Below are positions 31,485 to 44,660 of a stretch of 64,000 bases of DNA, one piece after another. The translations under genes and the position numbers were made by a program. How positions within the stretch are numbered: the first letter of the stretch is position 1; the number at the start of each line of letters is the position of its first letter. Origin of the DNA: Lama guanicoe (taxonomy: Eukaryota). The DNA lies in contig MU056550.1 of the NCBI GenBank assembly GCA_013239625.1, forward strand, positions 496,001 through 560,000, in the 5' to 3' direction. The notes beneath the pieces are model-generated. The model saw only the letters and a list, made by a program, of their open reading frames with translations. It had not been told where the DNA came from and ran no database searches.

Positions 31485-31720
31485 ACAACAGTGGCTTTGT
31501 ACTGAATCCTAGCTACGTGTCAGGCGCTGAGCTAAACACTTTCTGTATCGTCCAGTTCAATCCTCACACCAGTCCAGCAAGGTAGATACTCTGTTCTCCC
31601 CCTTTTACAGATGAGGAAACTGTGGCAAAAGGAGCCAAAGTCACATTTCCAAAGTCACACAGCTGGCGAGCAGAGGAGCCAAAGGTTGGCACAGTCTGCC
31701 TCCAGAGCCTGTACTCTGGA
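31485..31720 (-). mobile_element. MIR SINE (opposite orientation)
   Basis: ttttacagatgaggaaactgtggc...aagtcacacagctgg. Confidence 0.8.
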
Positions 31721-32679
31721 CCCCTACACGGCCTAGCCTGTAATAAGACCCCTACCACCTACGAGGGCGCCCAGCCCAGGGCCTGAGTCTACAGCAGGTG
31801 CTTGATACATGCGTGCCAACTGCTGACTCCCGGGGTGCATCAGGACTGCTAGCTGTCTTTTGGAAATGGTTCTGCAGGGATGGGTGGGTTTTGACACAGG
31901 AGAGGGCACAGGGGAGGGGGTGGGCTTGCACAGCCACCCAGGCTTCCTGAAGGTGGCAGGTCAGAGCCAAAGGAACAGGAGACCACCTGGCCGTGCACCT
32001 GCCAAAGGAGGCGGGGCCCCCGCTGTGGCCAAGGTGGGGGCAGGGGAAGCTCTCGGAGCAGCTTTGCAGGGGCGCCTCGGCTCCCCAGGACTCAGCTCTC
32101 ACACTGGGCTTTGGTTTCCACTGGCGGCGCCTCTGAAGCGCACTGTTGGGGGTTGGCAGAGGGGTCTGCAGCTGCCCTGAGCCGGGCAGCTGGGCGAGGA
32201 CAGCCTTTAACACAAGGACAGGCTTGTCCCAGGAAGAAAGGCTCCGAGGAGCGTGACTAAGCCCCTGCCTGTGACTACCGTGGCCCGGGACCCCCGCCAG
32301 GCCCGCACAGTTCCTCAATGGCTGCTCTGTGCCCTGGGGACAGCGGCCGGGTGTGAGAGGAAAGACAACGTTTGGGCTCTTGTGGCCTGGCATTCCAGGC
32401 TCAGTGTCGGGGGGCCAGATCAGCCTGACCCTCTCAGACGGAACACCGAGAGCGGCCAGGTCCTGGGGCTTCCGGGCAGGATCTGGGAAGGTGGGGTCAG
32501 CGGGTCCTTGAGGCTGGGGGTGGGGTGGCAGGCTTGGGCATTAGCAAAGGAAGGTGGAGTTAAACTCAGAGTCCGGGAGCCATTTCAGACGGGTCTCCAG
32601 AGCTTTTATTTTCTCTCTAAGCTGCTGCGTGCCAGGCCCACCCCCGCCAGCCTCGTCAGATTTGTAAAACTGCAGAGAA

Positions 32680-33360
32680 AATCCTAAGAAATCCTGACTG
32701 ATCTCCCTGCCTCTTGCTTTGACCCCTCCAATCCATCCTCCACGGGGCTGCCAGGGTGATCCTCCTAACACGCAAATCTGATCACGGCGCCCCCCTGCTT
32801 AAAACCCCTTTCAATAGCTCCCTGTGGCTTTGGGGATAAAACGCCAAGCTCCTTAGCGTGACATACGAGGCCCCCTTCCTGATCCAGCCTGTCCAACTCA
32901 TCTCTTGCCAGGCCCTTTCCTTCCGCTGTCCCATCCCATGTGCGCATGTGCGTACACGTACGTACCCCCCCCAACACACACACACACGCACGCACCCCAC
33001 GGTTCAGCGGAGCTATCACAGCACATCTGCCCTGGTGCTTTTGGACACACTGCATTCGATGTATGTTCCTCCCTCTCCACCTGGTGAATCGCCTGTGTAT
33101 CCTCCAAGGCTCAGCCCAGGTGTCACTTCCTCCGAGAAGCTTTCCCTGACCATCATCCACCCTGCCATCCCGGCATTCACTATCCTGGGGCAATTTTAAT
33201 TGTTCCTGTACTTGTCAGTCATCCTCACAGGACTGTGACTGACTCAAGGCTAGAGGCCATAATACCCTATTCATTTTGCTAACCCCAGCCCCCTGCGTGA
33301 GCCCCAGCAGCTTAGATGCTCAGCCACTCTGTTTCTGAATAAATTTTTTTTAATGAATGG
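32680..33360 (+). mobile_element. L2 LINE 3' fragment
   Basis: ccagggtgatcctcctaacacgcaaatctgatcac...ctgcttaaaacc...aaggctcagc...tgaatgg. Confidence 0.65.
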
Positions 33361-36300
33361 GAAGATAAATTGATAGGCGAATCCTGATATCAGAAACCTG
33401 CTTCTGTAGGGGTCTTAGGGCCATGAAATCTCAAATTGCACTTATCCAGAACCGCAGGGGCCTCTCCAGAACCATGGGAGACTCGGAGGGTACGTGAGCA
33501 CAAAGGACCCAGCATCACCAGTTCGGGTCTCACAGACGCATGGAAGTTAACACGGGCGCCCGAGCTTCGTGTGTAATCCTTCCTGTGTTGTAATTCTAGG
33601 AAGAGAGTTTTCCAGATCTGTTTGAAAAGGCCTCTGGTTACAAGACTGGGATTCTATCAGTGAAAAATCCTGTAAAACTAAAATAAGAGGGGAGCGAGGA
33701 CTCCTGCTGTGGAAAGAAAGGTTCTGATGAGATGGAGCCAAAAGGCGGGCAATAGATCAACCGTTCAGAATTTTGAAGGCAAGACGTGGCCCAAATTCCG
33801 CACACATTTTGTACACTGGGTCTGGGAACATGCTACAGGAGGGGAGGGTGCAGTGGGGTGCAGCATTATCAGGGCTGATCATTATGGATTTGAGTGATCA
33901 CACCCAGGTTCCCCAAGACCCCCCAAGGTCCTCTTTAGAATCTCCCCTTCCCAGAGGGGCCTCCCCTGGTCTGGGGAGGTGGGCACTGGGCATGGAGACA
34001 GGGGACAGCTACTTTCAGGCCAGAGCTCAGTGACCCTGACCTCCTATTAGGCAGGCTGCCACTCCGAACCTTTAAAATCACAGAACTGACTCCCAGCCTA
34101 GAGCATCTGCTGTGGCCTGGGCAGGGTACCTGCACACTCAAAGCATTAGGGACCTGTCCCTCGGCGCACACTTCCGCCACACTTCCCACCCATATTACAC
34201 TTGCCACCTGTCCCCCATTCCTGCCATGCTGACCTCTTCCCCGGGGTACAGATCACACCCGATTCACCTCCACATCCCCAGATCCTAGCACACAGCCAGC
34301 ATGGCAGGGCCCGTAAATGTTTGTTGAGTGGCTGAACCCGAAAGCAGCCTCGGGGTGGGCTGAGCCACGTGCAGCATCTGCACAAGGGCTCACAGTCAAG
34401 CCACGAGGCAGCTGGACAGCAGAACCGGACAACACCTGGGGGGATACCTAACCACTGTCCATCAGCTGAGCCCGCTGCACCCCCAAGCCGGGAGGCCCTG
34501 AGTTATAGCAAATCCACCTTGAGCAAGTCACTCCACAGGGCAGACCCTTGGGCCCTCATCTGTTAAATGAGGGCAGATCAGCATTGTTGTGGGATTGGAT
34601 CAGAGCAAACCTGCTGTTACCTACAGACCGTGGCTCATGAAAGCAAAAGAGGCAAACACAGAAACGCTGGAGGAGAGGCTCGCGGCAGCTGTGCCGTGGG
34701 GGACACCTGCCACCCTCACCTCCTCTTAGCCCCCAACCCCCTGGGGTGGGCCCAGTGTCCCATTCTTCCTTGAGGCTGCTCCCATGCTAAGAGAGCTGTT
34801 AGCAACTGTTTGATTTTGCAGTGCCACCACTTCCGAAGCACTTGCAGCGTTAATCAATAGGCTACACTGGGCTGTGTGTTTTACCTGCACCATCTCGTTA
34901 CCTCCATATCTCCCAGCGACGCAGATCCCCTGATTACCCCCACCAGAGAACCCAAGTCTCTAATGCTCAGCTGGGTGGAACATCTTGGCCAAGGCCACCA
35001 GTGGCCACTGGGGTTCAGTCAGGTGACTCTATGGTCCCACCATCCCTGGCCAGACAGGACAGGCAGTGGCAGGTGAGGGGAGAAAAATTCCAGCCACCCT
35101 AGAAGCGTCTCAGCCACTGTGACCACTGCAGTGAGGGCTGCAATCCTCTGGGGATCCAGAGTGGTGTGCTCTTAGCAGGGTGAGAGCCCTGAAGATGAGG
35201 AACAGGGACCAATGTGTTGATCCCCCGACCGGGAGATGCTAGACTCATGGTCCAGCAGCCCGGAGCCCCAGCCTCCATGACCAGCAGCCAGGGTAGGAGG
35301 GATGTCTCAGCCTTGGGACCTCAGCAAAGCCACACCAGGGAGCCTCCAGCTGGGCTCAGGGCTCTCAATCACCCCTCCCCTATCTCTTCTCACTCTCCAC
35401 CCCTGCCTCTGCCTGGCTCAGCCTCAGCACCTGACATCTGGACCCTGCCTCCTCTCAGAGACCCAGAGGCTGCCTGCTCCCAGCAGCCTAACAAAGAGAT
35501 CTTTCTAACACCAAGAACTAGCAATGCTACAGCCTGCGATGGCTCCCCAGGACTCAGATGACCAAGTTCAAGTGCCTCAGCCTGGCATTTGGTGGCCCTT
35601 CCTAGTTCAGGCTCCCAGCAACTTCCTTTCAATATTCCTTCCAGAACTTTGTGCCCCAAACAGAGCACTGTCCCCTGGCCAGCAGTTGATGTTTCATGCC
35701 CAGCCCCCCAAGCACACACATACTCTTCCACTGGCCAGGGATGCTTGGGCCCCATCCTGATGTTCTGAAATGCTTTGTGACCACCAAGGCTCAACTCCAA
35801 TACCATGCCTTTCACAAAGCCTTCCTGATTCCCAGAGCAGAGCTACTTTACCATGCTCAACGGTGAGGCTAGATGCTCTGGGTAACTTGTCCTGCCTTGG
35901 GTCAGGGCTCCTAGCTACTCTGCCCACCTCTCCTCCCAGCCTGTGAGCCCCTCACAGACATAGTCAGTCCTCTGTCCACCTCTGGGTGGGGCACAGGGCA
36001 GACCCCAGAAATCTGTGCCCATTGGCCACCCTCCAGTGCTCAGGGCCATGCCGCCCTCACCCCAGGGTCCCACGCCTCCGGATCTTGGAAGCTCAGAAAG
36101 AGAGCAAAGGACCCACTAAACATACGTCTTCTGGGCCCTGGAGTGGGAAAAGGTCCAGGAAATGGGAAGAGGGTGGAGTCCCTGCCTTTGAGGAGGCAAA
36201 TCTTTGGATCTGGACTTAAGAACTTAAGAGAAAAGGTCCAAAATAAGAAGTGTTGCAAAAAGGTATAAAGGTTGAAACTCCAATGCAAACGGTGGGGGGC

Positions 36301-39300
36301 TGGGGGGGAGAATCCTCCAGCAAACCCAATGCTGCAGTTCATATAAGTAAAATAAATCTTTAGGTACCTACATTAGAGACTACAAGGTACTTTCACACCC
36401 TCTCAAGTGCGCAGAATGAATCAACAGATCACCAAGTGAATGAGTGATCTTCCCATAAACTTGTGAAGTCAAACTCATTACCATCCCCATCATGGAGATG
36501 CAGAATTTGAGACAGACAGAAGGCAAGTTAACCTGATCAAAGACAAGCAGCTCTGGTTAGACTGAACTCAAGTTTTCGGACAGGTTGGTGGCATCATCTA
36601 CTGTATCACATGGCCCTCATTTGTTCAACTCCAGGGATGGCAGTTCTTCCAGGCACCACGCTAGGGGCCGAGGATGCAAAGAGAGACAGAACACTACCAC
36701 GGGGGCTGGCATGTCCCCTTTTAAGTTGGTTGATCTGGAGCCCAACCCACTCTTGCAACAGCAAGACACAGGCTCTCCTAGGCGATCTCTGGGCCACCTC
36801 TTTAATAGAACCCAATTTTGTTCATGTGTTCATATGTTTCTCCCACTGAGTGGCAAACTCTTGAGGGCTGTCCAAGCCCTGCTGAATGATTTGGATAAAT
36901 CTGGGCAAGTGGGTGGAGCACCCAGCTGAAGCCAGCCTTGCCCCACTCTGGCTCTAGGCCCACTGTGCCTGCATCACTGGGATGCGGGACTTATGCTGTG
37001 GGAGGGGGCCCAAGACACCTTGGGGCTTCTTGTCCTCAGAACCCTCCTGGCCCCCTCAGGAGTTTCTAGCAGCAAGAAAAGAGAATCAAAGTGGAGGAGA
37101 GAGGCCTGAACAGCTACTGAGAGGCACACGGTATTTTATGGCTTCCAAAATGAATCCAGTCCACCCTTCCAACTACTCTCATGTCCACACTGGGAGACAG
37201 AGTTCCTCCCTAATTATGTTCTCCAAAAGCGCCACCCTGCTGACAGCCTTCCAGGTGATATGCCAAATGCTGATTCTTAAAGCCACAATGAAGAGAGATC
37301 AGAAGCAGCAGCGTGAAAACAAGACCACGAGGCCCAGGGAGATGGGAGCCAAGGCCACGTTGAAGCACTCACTCCCCAGGTGAGCAAGGCCTACCTCCAG
37401 CCCCACTCTGCCCCTGCTAGGGGGACGATCATCACTCACATCTTATGGAGAAAGACCCTGAAGGTCTAAACACAGATCTGCCCCAGAGTCCTTTGCCCGG
37501 ACCTCAGCATAGCTCGAGGGAGAGTCTAGGGGACTGGTCTCACCCTGGCTGACCAGGGTCTGAGCCGGATGGGAGCACAAGCCAGGAGGGTCTGTAGAGA
37601 GAAACATGTCTCCTCGAGAGGCGCTGCTCAGACACGGCTCGATTCTGGCCTGGAGGCTCAGGCTGTAGCAGCTGACCAACTGGTGGTCCACAGCGTTCAC
37701 TTCTGCCTGGTTAGGCAAACAGGAGGGAAGGGGAGGGGGTCTGGCCTTTTGCCTAATCCAGGCGTCTCTTTGCTTCCAGCCAGACAGGCTGTAGGCCACA
37801 GGACAGCACCCCATAGGGCTCCAATGCCCACTGAAATAAGAGATCTGTTCCCCCACAAAATAGACATCCCTCCAAGGAGCTGGGGAAGTGTCCTGCTGAA
37901 GACAGGAGGATGCAGCTGTAGGAGAGGGCCAGGGGCTTCTCCCAGGGAAGATAAGGCTGCCATGGTCAGCCCACCAGCCTGGCTGCCTGCCAAGCTTCCT
38001 CTAGCCAGCATGCAGGGGAGACCAACACTGCTGTTCCTCCCCCTAGAACCACTGGACTCTGGTGGCCCACTGGAGCATCTTCTCCAAGGGACTTCCAAGG
38101 CCAGAGCTAAGTATGTGGGGCGGGTGTGGGGATGCGAGGGGAATCCTTGTGAGAAACCTTCCCTATGCCCTCTCTCCACCTTTTGCCACCGTCAGGTAGG
38201 GGCTGCTGCAGACAGAGCAGAGCCAGCCAGCTTTCTGCCTCCTGTATTCCATTCGCCACCAGCCCTCACTTCCTGTGCCTGACAACCTAGGCAACTCAGA
38301 GGAGAAAAAGAAAAGGCCCCCAGCTCCCGACCGCAACCACGGTGTCCCAACATGGGATCGCCCAGGTACTCCAGAAACTGAATGACGCTGTTCCAGCGAC
38401 AAGAGGGATAACAGCCTCTAATGTTTGTTGGAAAAGTACAGTGGAGTTCTGAGTCTGTACATCTTGGGAGCAGTTGGGGACCAGGTGAGTGCTGGGAGGC
38501 GCTGGATCCCAGGGCAGGCTGCGGGGGCTGGAACCCTTTACATCCAGACTTCCCGCTGCTCAGAGAAGGGACAGGAGTCTTCCTCTCCGCCCCTGCCTCC
38601 CCACGGGCCAGCCAGCCCTGAGCAGGCACCATCCGCGGGCACAGATGCTCAGGAAAACAGACATCCGAGAGAGGTTATCCTGAGGCAGAGGACCCCCCAA
38701 AAGGCTTCGCAGGAGAAAGGAAAAACGCAATTAGCAGCCTCCAGTCGCGAGTCTCAGTCTACACCTAGGAAGATGCAAAGCTCTACTTGGCGTAATTTTC
38801 CGGACAAAATACGTACGTTTCGCCTTTGCCCGTGCCTCCGTTCAAGTTCACCAAGAAACGGAGAAAACCCTGCGCTGACCGGAAGCCTGGCGGTGGCGGA
38901 ACGAGAGCGAGCTGCTGCTGGGTAAACGTCTCCTCTTAAGAGAGGCAGTGCGCACCCCAAATCCTGTCCTCGCCCCCTCCCCGGGCCCGGACCCGCGGCT
39001 CCCTCTGGGGAAAAGGACTGTCTTTGAGGATTCCGGGTGGGGGACGCGGCTTGGAAAACTGCCTGGAGCACCCCCGCCCCATCCCGCTCGTGCCGGAGCG
39101 CTCACCCCAAACGCACACACCCCTGGGCCAAGCCGCCCCGGCGCCGCGCAAGGCGCCCCGCGCCAGCGCGCCCCGGAGCCGGAACAGGTGCAGCCCCGCC
39201 GCGCTCCCGGCTGCGTCTACACAAACTTGTTGGCCCGCGGCTGGGGGAACCCTGCCCGCAGCCCGCGCGGGGGTCCCGCCTAGGGTGCCCGGAGACGAGA

Positions 39301-39305
39301 CTCAC

Positions 39306-39525
39306 CCCGGGATCGCGGCCGGCTGGGGCGCCTGCTCCGGCGGCCACGCGCCCGCTTCCCCGGGGCGCCGAGCCCGCGGCCGCGCAGGGCCCGGAGCCCA
39401 GGCGCCCCTGGCGCCCGCACGCCCCCGGGCGGCCCCCGGCCAGCGGCCCGACGCGCCCCGGGCACTGGGCGCCGCTGGCGCCTGGCTCCCTGGGCTGCGG
39501 ACGTCCCGGCTGAGCCGAGGCGGCG
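39306..39525 (-). other. WSCD1: Probable non-coding exon 1 of WSCD1 (5' end in N gap)
   Basis: Consensus donor GGG|GTGAGT at 39306/39305 inside the CpG island; no ATG in the visible part. Confidence 0.7.
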
Positions 39526-39654
39526 NNNNNNNNNNNNNNNNNNNNNNNNNNNNNNNNNNNNNNNNNNNNNNNNNNNNNNNNNNNNNNNNNNNNNNNNNNN
39601 NNNNNNNNNNNNNNNNNNNNNNNNNNNNNNNNNNNNNNNNNNNNNNNNNNNNNN
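39526..39654. other. Assembly gap (129 N) in the CpG-island core
   Basis: N run flanked by near-pure GC sequence. Confidence 1.
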
Positions 39655-39794
39655 GCCCGCCGCCCCCGGGAGGGGTCGCGGTTGGTGGGGCGGGGGCCCA
39701 CCTCAGCCCTGGTCCGCGGGACGAGCCCACCCGGCGCGGTCACACGCGCCACTGCCCAGCAAAGACGCTGACAACCATCCCCATATACGTGCAG

Positions 39795-39812
39795 GCACAC
39801 GCACACACACTC

Positions 39813-39843
<31 letters not shown>
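39795..39843 (+). repeat. (CA)n microsatellite, pure (CA)13 core
   Basis: Read directly from the sequence. Confidence 0.95.
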
Positions 39844-40020
39844 GCCTCCATGGCCGTAACACACACCAGGCGAATGCGTTCGCGCTTTCAGCAATACACG
39901 TCTACACAAACACATTGGGCACCGCCACACTGAGCAGCACGCGGCCACACTGGCTCAGACACAAACACGGAGACAGGCGCACATTGATACAAACACGCTG
40001 AATGGACTCTGACACCCACA

Positions 40021-40021
<1 letters not shown>

Positions 40022-40066
<45 letters not shown>
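40022..40066 (+). repeat. (CA)22 microsatellite
   Basis: Read directly from the sequence. Confidence 0.97.
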
Positions 40067-40068
<2 letters not shown>

Positions 40069-41221
40069 CTCTTTCCCACTTACTCAGAAACAACCTGGGA
40101 CAGGCACACATATATACACTCAGTAGCATTCCGATAGCAATGCACAGAGGGGAACGCACACTGGATCCCTGTCCCGTGCAGAGGTAGACGCTTATGCGCG
40201 CGCGCACACACACGCATACACTGAGGCGGACTGGCGCGATACAGACACACAGGTATACAACCACACTGCTATACACAACCCCCTTCTTTAAATAAGGGCT
40301 GGATCCAAGCTTGAGAATTTCCCCTCTACTCCCCATCCCTGCTCCTCAGAAGTTCCCAAGCCGCGGTGCCACCCTGCCCTGCCAGGCGCATCTGTGGGCC
40401 CTATCCTCGCCCAGGGCTGGCTGCTGAGATGCTCTGGAGGCTGAGGACCAGCAGAGGCTGCGGGAGCAGCTGGTTGTGGCATGGCTCTAACCTGGTCTTC
40501 CTGAAAGCGAGTTTCATGCCTCCAACCGCCGCTAGGGGCAGAGCTGCTTGGCAAGGCTCAGAGAAGCCCGTTTTCAACAGGTGGAGGGCAGGCAGGGAGA
40601 GGATTAGCTTGGGGATCAGACGGAGCCCTGCTTTATGTAGATCAGTCAAGTGGTACCCAGAGGGGAAAGGGACTTGTTTAAGTTCTCCCAGTGTGTCAGC
40701 CAGAGTTAGAACAGTCAGCCCCCTCAGGATGAAGGTGGAGGCTTCCTTGGGGGGAACTGGGAGGTGGCACAGCCAATACTGGCTTCCAGAAAAGCCCCAT
40801 ACATGTCCCTTTCGGATTGTGAATCTGTGTGTTGCTCTTATTACAAACAATAACCCACTGTACGTGGTTGCAGTGCATTTTGATTTGCAAAGCCCTCTCC
40901 AGGAGAAATGATCCCTGATGTACAGGCTTGTGGTGCCTTCTTGTCCTCCAAATGCTGCTTGCCTGGACATCCCAGCTGAAGTATCCACCTCGCTGTCCAG
41001 TTCCCGGGCTGCATCACTGCCTTGTGTGTTTATTTCTTTATTGTCTGTCTTCACTCCCCAGATCCCAGAGCTAGAATTTCCACCCCCACCAAGTCAGGAA
41101 AATGTCTGTCTCAGAACTGTTTCCTTAGTGTCTAGCTGAATTCTTGACACATAGGCATACCCACTAAATATTTAGTAAATAAACAATTAATTTCTTTTAA
41201 ACACAATGTGCCTAGCATGAC

Positions 41222-41287
41222 TTTTTAAATGGAGGTACTGGGGATTGAACCCTGAGGGTGCTTTATCTCTGAGCTATACCCACCCCC
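41222..41287 (-). mobile_element. tRNA-derived SINE (camelid vic-1-like), internally shortened
   Basis: Reverse complement GGGGGTGGGTATAGCTCAGAGATAAAGCACCCTCAGGGTTCAATCCCCAGTACCTCCATTTAAAAA: A box, B box and A tail. Confidence 0.75.
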
Positions 41288-41329
41288 ATGATGTATTTTT
41301 ATGAACCCAAGCAATTTCCCAAAGGTTGC

Positions 41330-41930
41330 CACGTTTCTTCCTAAGAACTCAGAGATGGCTTCCTCCTGCTCAGGTCACAGACAGATCTCTGTTTGCAGCC
41401 AGTCATCTTACAAGTGTCCATCGGTTTCTACTGGCCACCAGGGAGAGTGTGGATGACTCACTGCATGGCATCCACCTGCCAGGAGCCTCTCCAATACTTC
41501 TGGGCACCTGCGTCCAAGCATCCTCCTTCTTTGACCATGTAGATCTTGGCTGCTGCTCCATCCATACCCTGGCAGGGGGCCATGGGCTTGACCATCCCAG
41601 AGTAGCCTGTGGAGGTCTCCTTTGCTTCCTGGTGGAGCCCTGCATCATTGGAGAGAGCATCATTCAGAGACGGAGAAAATCTTTGGCAACGTATCAAAAG
41701 GGGGGAATGTAGTTTCTTCCTTCTTCCTTTGCTTTTTTCCCACGGCGCAGTGACTTACTGGTACCCAATCGTGCACTCAGACCTGAAGCTGGCTTCAGCA
41801 CTTTGCTGGGCTGCCTACTTACTTGCTCTCTCCTGTGAGTACCACAGAGACTTTAATATGCCTTTGTGAAGGTGCCAGCAACACAGATGGTAATGTGCCC
41901 CCTGCTGAGCTGTGCCTGCAGATACCAGAG
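41330..41930 (+). mobile_element. Possible ERV internal 3' end, polypurine tract and LTR start
   Basis: ATCAAAAGGGGGGAA|TGT at 41693-41710; the extent on each side is a guess. Confidence 0.35.
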
Positions 41931-42904
41931 TAGGGCGGGCGAGGGCAAGAATCCGTACCTGCCTGGGAAGGGAGGCCAGACTGGTCTGGTCTGGGAACAG
42001 CTGGACCTTCCAGGCACGGACCAGAGGTGCCCTGAAAGTTTCAGGAATTCAGAGGCAGCAGAGAGAGCCCTGGGCTTCGAATAGGCAGGAAGCCTGTGTT
42101 CCTTTTCTGGCTAGACCTGAAGAGGCTGTGTGGCCTCATGCAAAACAACTTCCTGCGTCCTGGTTTGCTTTTCTGTAAAATGGGCAGGTTGTCTAATTGA
42201 TATTGAAGGGTTTTTCTTTAAGAGAGGCAGGGGAATGAAATGAGAGTGCTCTGGAGTCAAGTCTGCTTCTTTTGTTGGGCAAATTAAATCATTTCTCCCA
42301 GATACAGTTTTTCAACCTGCAAAATGGGGGAAGTGTCTCCTTTCTAGCGCAGATTTCCTGGCACAGGGTATACATACATCCAATAATTGACAGCAAGGAT
42401 GAGTCTTCCAACTGGTGGTAGTTCTGATGATAACCCTAGCTGGCTCTGGTGTGGGATCTGATGTGACAGGTGCTGGAAAAGGGGTTGTTGGGTTCAGTTT
42501 AGAATTGCCTGACCCCACCATCCGTCCTATCTGCAGAGAGGCAGCACCTGGGTGGGGCAAAAGAAAAGAAAGCACTGAGGGTCTGCCAGCCAAGGGCAGG
42601 AGTACATCGGGTTAGACACAGAGCTTAGGGGACCAGTCATCAGCTAGAAGGTGTAGGGATGCTCAGGCAGCAAGTAGGTGCTGGTGGAGGAAGGTAGCAG
42701 AGTGCAGCCCTGCTCTGTTCCTCCTGCCTGCCCGCTGTGCACGTGTGTGCTTGGCAGAGGAAGCACCTCATCTTTGTTCACTTTTTATGAACTTCCCTGT
42801 AAGGCATTTATCAAATGCCTTGAACTTGCAAGTCGTCATTTCAGTTAAGCTGCTGGGGCACCTCAAGCATACAGCAGTAATTAAAGGGGAGATGGGTTCA
42901 CTTC

Positions 42905-43330
42905 AATGAACTTCTTATTTTGGAATAATTTTCAATTTCCAGGAAAGTTGCAAAGGTAACAGACCATGCTCGTGGACCCCTCATACTGTTTTCCCTGTGG
43001 TTAACATCCTCTATTACTAGGGTACCTTTGTCAAAGCTGAGAAACTCATATGGGAACACTGCTTTTTGACAGAATTCCAAATTTTATTTGTAATTCACCA
43101 GTTTTTCCATTAATGTCCTCTTTCTGTTCCAAGATGCACTCCAGGGTTCCACCTTGCATTTAGTTATCCCATCTCTCCAGTCTCTTCTGCCCTGTGACGG
43201 TTCTTTCTTTCCTTGCCTTTCGTGACCTTGACCATCTTCAGAAGTACTGGCCAGGTATCCTGTAGAGTGTCCAGGGGTCTCATTTCAAACTTGACGTCTC
43301 AGACTGGAGGAGTTTTTGGAGGTAGTGTCA
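42905..43330 (-). mobile_element. Old L1 (L1MC-like) 3' end
   Basis: aaagttgcaaa...gttaacatc...ttcaccagtttttccattaatgtcct...ttgcatttagtt...gaagtactggccagg. Confidence 0.7.
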
Positions 43331-44479
43331 TCATGTGCCTATTGATGCCGTCTCTGTGAGTGAGTCTGTTGGCCAGGATCCAGTAAGAGACACCTGGTCA
43401 GCATCCGAAGGAAAGGAGAAGAGATGGAGAGGCCACCATGGAAGAAATTCCAATAGCGTAGGGGCTGGCAGATGGCTAGTGGCTGAAATGACATTCTGGA
43501 GGGAACACGATGTCAAGTCCCGAATGTAACACCGGCCCTGAGACTCAGGGTCTGCTCATTACCTGTGCCCCTCCTCATCCCAGGTGTCCCAGCAGCACAA
43601 AAAGGGTCACTGGGGAAGGAGAGCAGCTTTCCCGGAATCCCCACCTCCAGCCCCATCCTTCTCTCACCCTGTGTGGAACCCCAGATTCAGCACTTACACA
43701 TGTGGCCACCTCCTCTCACCTCAACCCAAGAGAAAACAGCTTACCAATGGCTATGGCACAAAGTCATCCCTTGTTTGGAAACATTTTAAGAAAGAGAAAC
43801 ACAGTTAGTTCTTTCCAGTTCCTTTCCTCTCCCTCCCCCTTGTCGGGATTTCTGTTGCAGCGCCTGAAACACAGCTGGGCTGCTCTGTGCCCGAAAGTGA
43901 AGTGGCCACCTTGAGACCATGAAGCGGCCCGCCAACGCTCTAAGCTGGGCACAGCACAAAGACAGAAGCAGCCAGCTCTGAACCAATGGAAGTCACCCTT
44001 CCCTCTGGACACATGTGAGCACCTGATGTCCAACATAGACTCAGCCCAGTCTTAATAACCAAGTCTGCTAGCCAAGGGAGTGGAACTCCAAAAATCCTGC
44101 ATGCTTTGAAGTTTCTGGGAGGTTGGGTGTGTGGATGGGTGGAAAACGGGTGAAAGGGCTGGGTGACTGCAGATGACGTAAGGAGTTGCGGGCAGGCAGG
44201 TGGCGGGTGGTGAGTGGATTGCATGTCTGAATTTAATCCCCCCACCCAATCACTGTTCCCACAGCTTGGTTGTCAAGATAAAAGCCAGGATGGGGAAACA
44301 CAGGCGCCAAGTAGGAGGAAAAGGCATGTGTCTGCATGTGTGGATGTGTGCGGGGGGTGTGGGACTATTCAGAGCTTTACTGCCCCAGAAAGTATTTATG
44401 TCGCCGCTCATCTGCCCCGGTTGAGCAGGCAGGAGACAGTGCTATTGCTTAGGGAGAATCCATGGCTTTCTGGGTTCTA

Positions 44480-44660
44480 CGCTCAGCATTTTATGTTATG
44501 TTGCCTTATTTAATTCTCCTTATGCCCCAATGGAATATGAACTGTTTTAATCCCATTGTATAGATGAGAAAACTGAGGCTCAGAGGGGTTAAGTGACTGA
44601 ACCCAAGTCACACAATTAGAAAATGGAAAAGCTGGATTGGAGCTCAGGTCTAGTTGACCT
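44480..44660 (-). mobile_element. MIR SINE
   Basis: cccattgtatagatgagaaaactgaggctcagaggggttaagtgac...caagtcacaca. Confidence 0.8.

Larger units (their letters stand above)
38700..39760. promoter_or_regulatory. CpG-island promoter of WSCD1
   Basis: Very high GC and CpG density; GC box GGGGCGGGG at 39687-39695; ~8 kb upstream of exon 2. Confidence 0.9.

Noticed and set aside
39024-40001. 325-aa ORF and overlapping ORFs across the CpG island
   Set aside because: They read through an N gap and a CA repeat; stop codons are scarce because of GC content.
41222-41287. tRNA gene
   Set aside because: No anticodon arm, and it has an A tail; this is a SINE.
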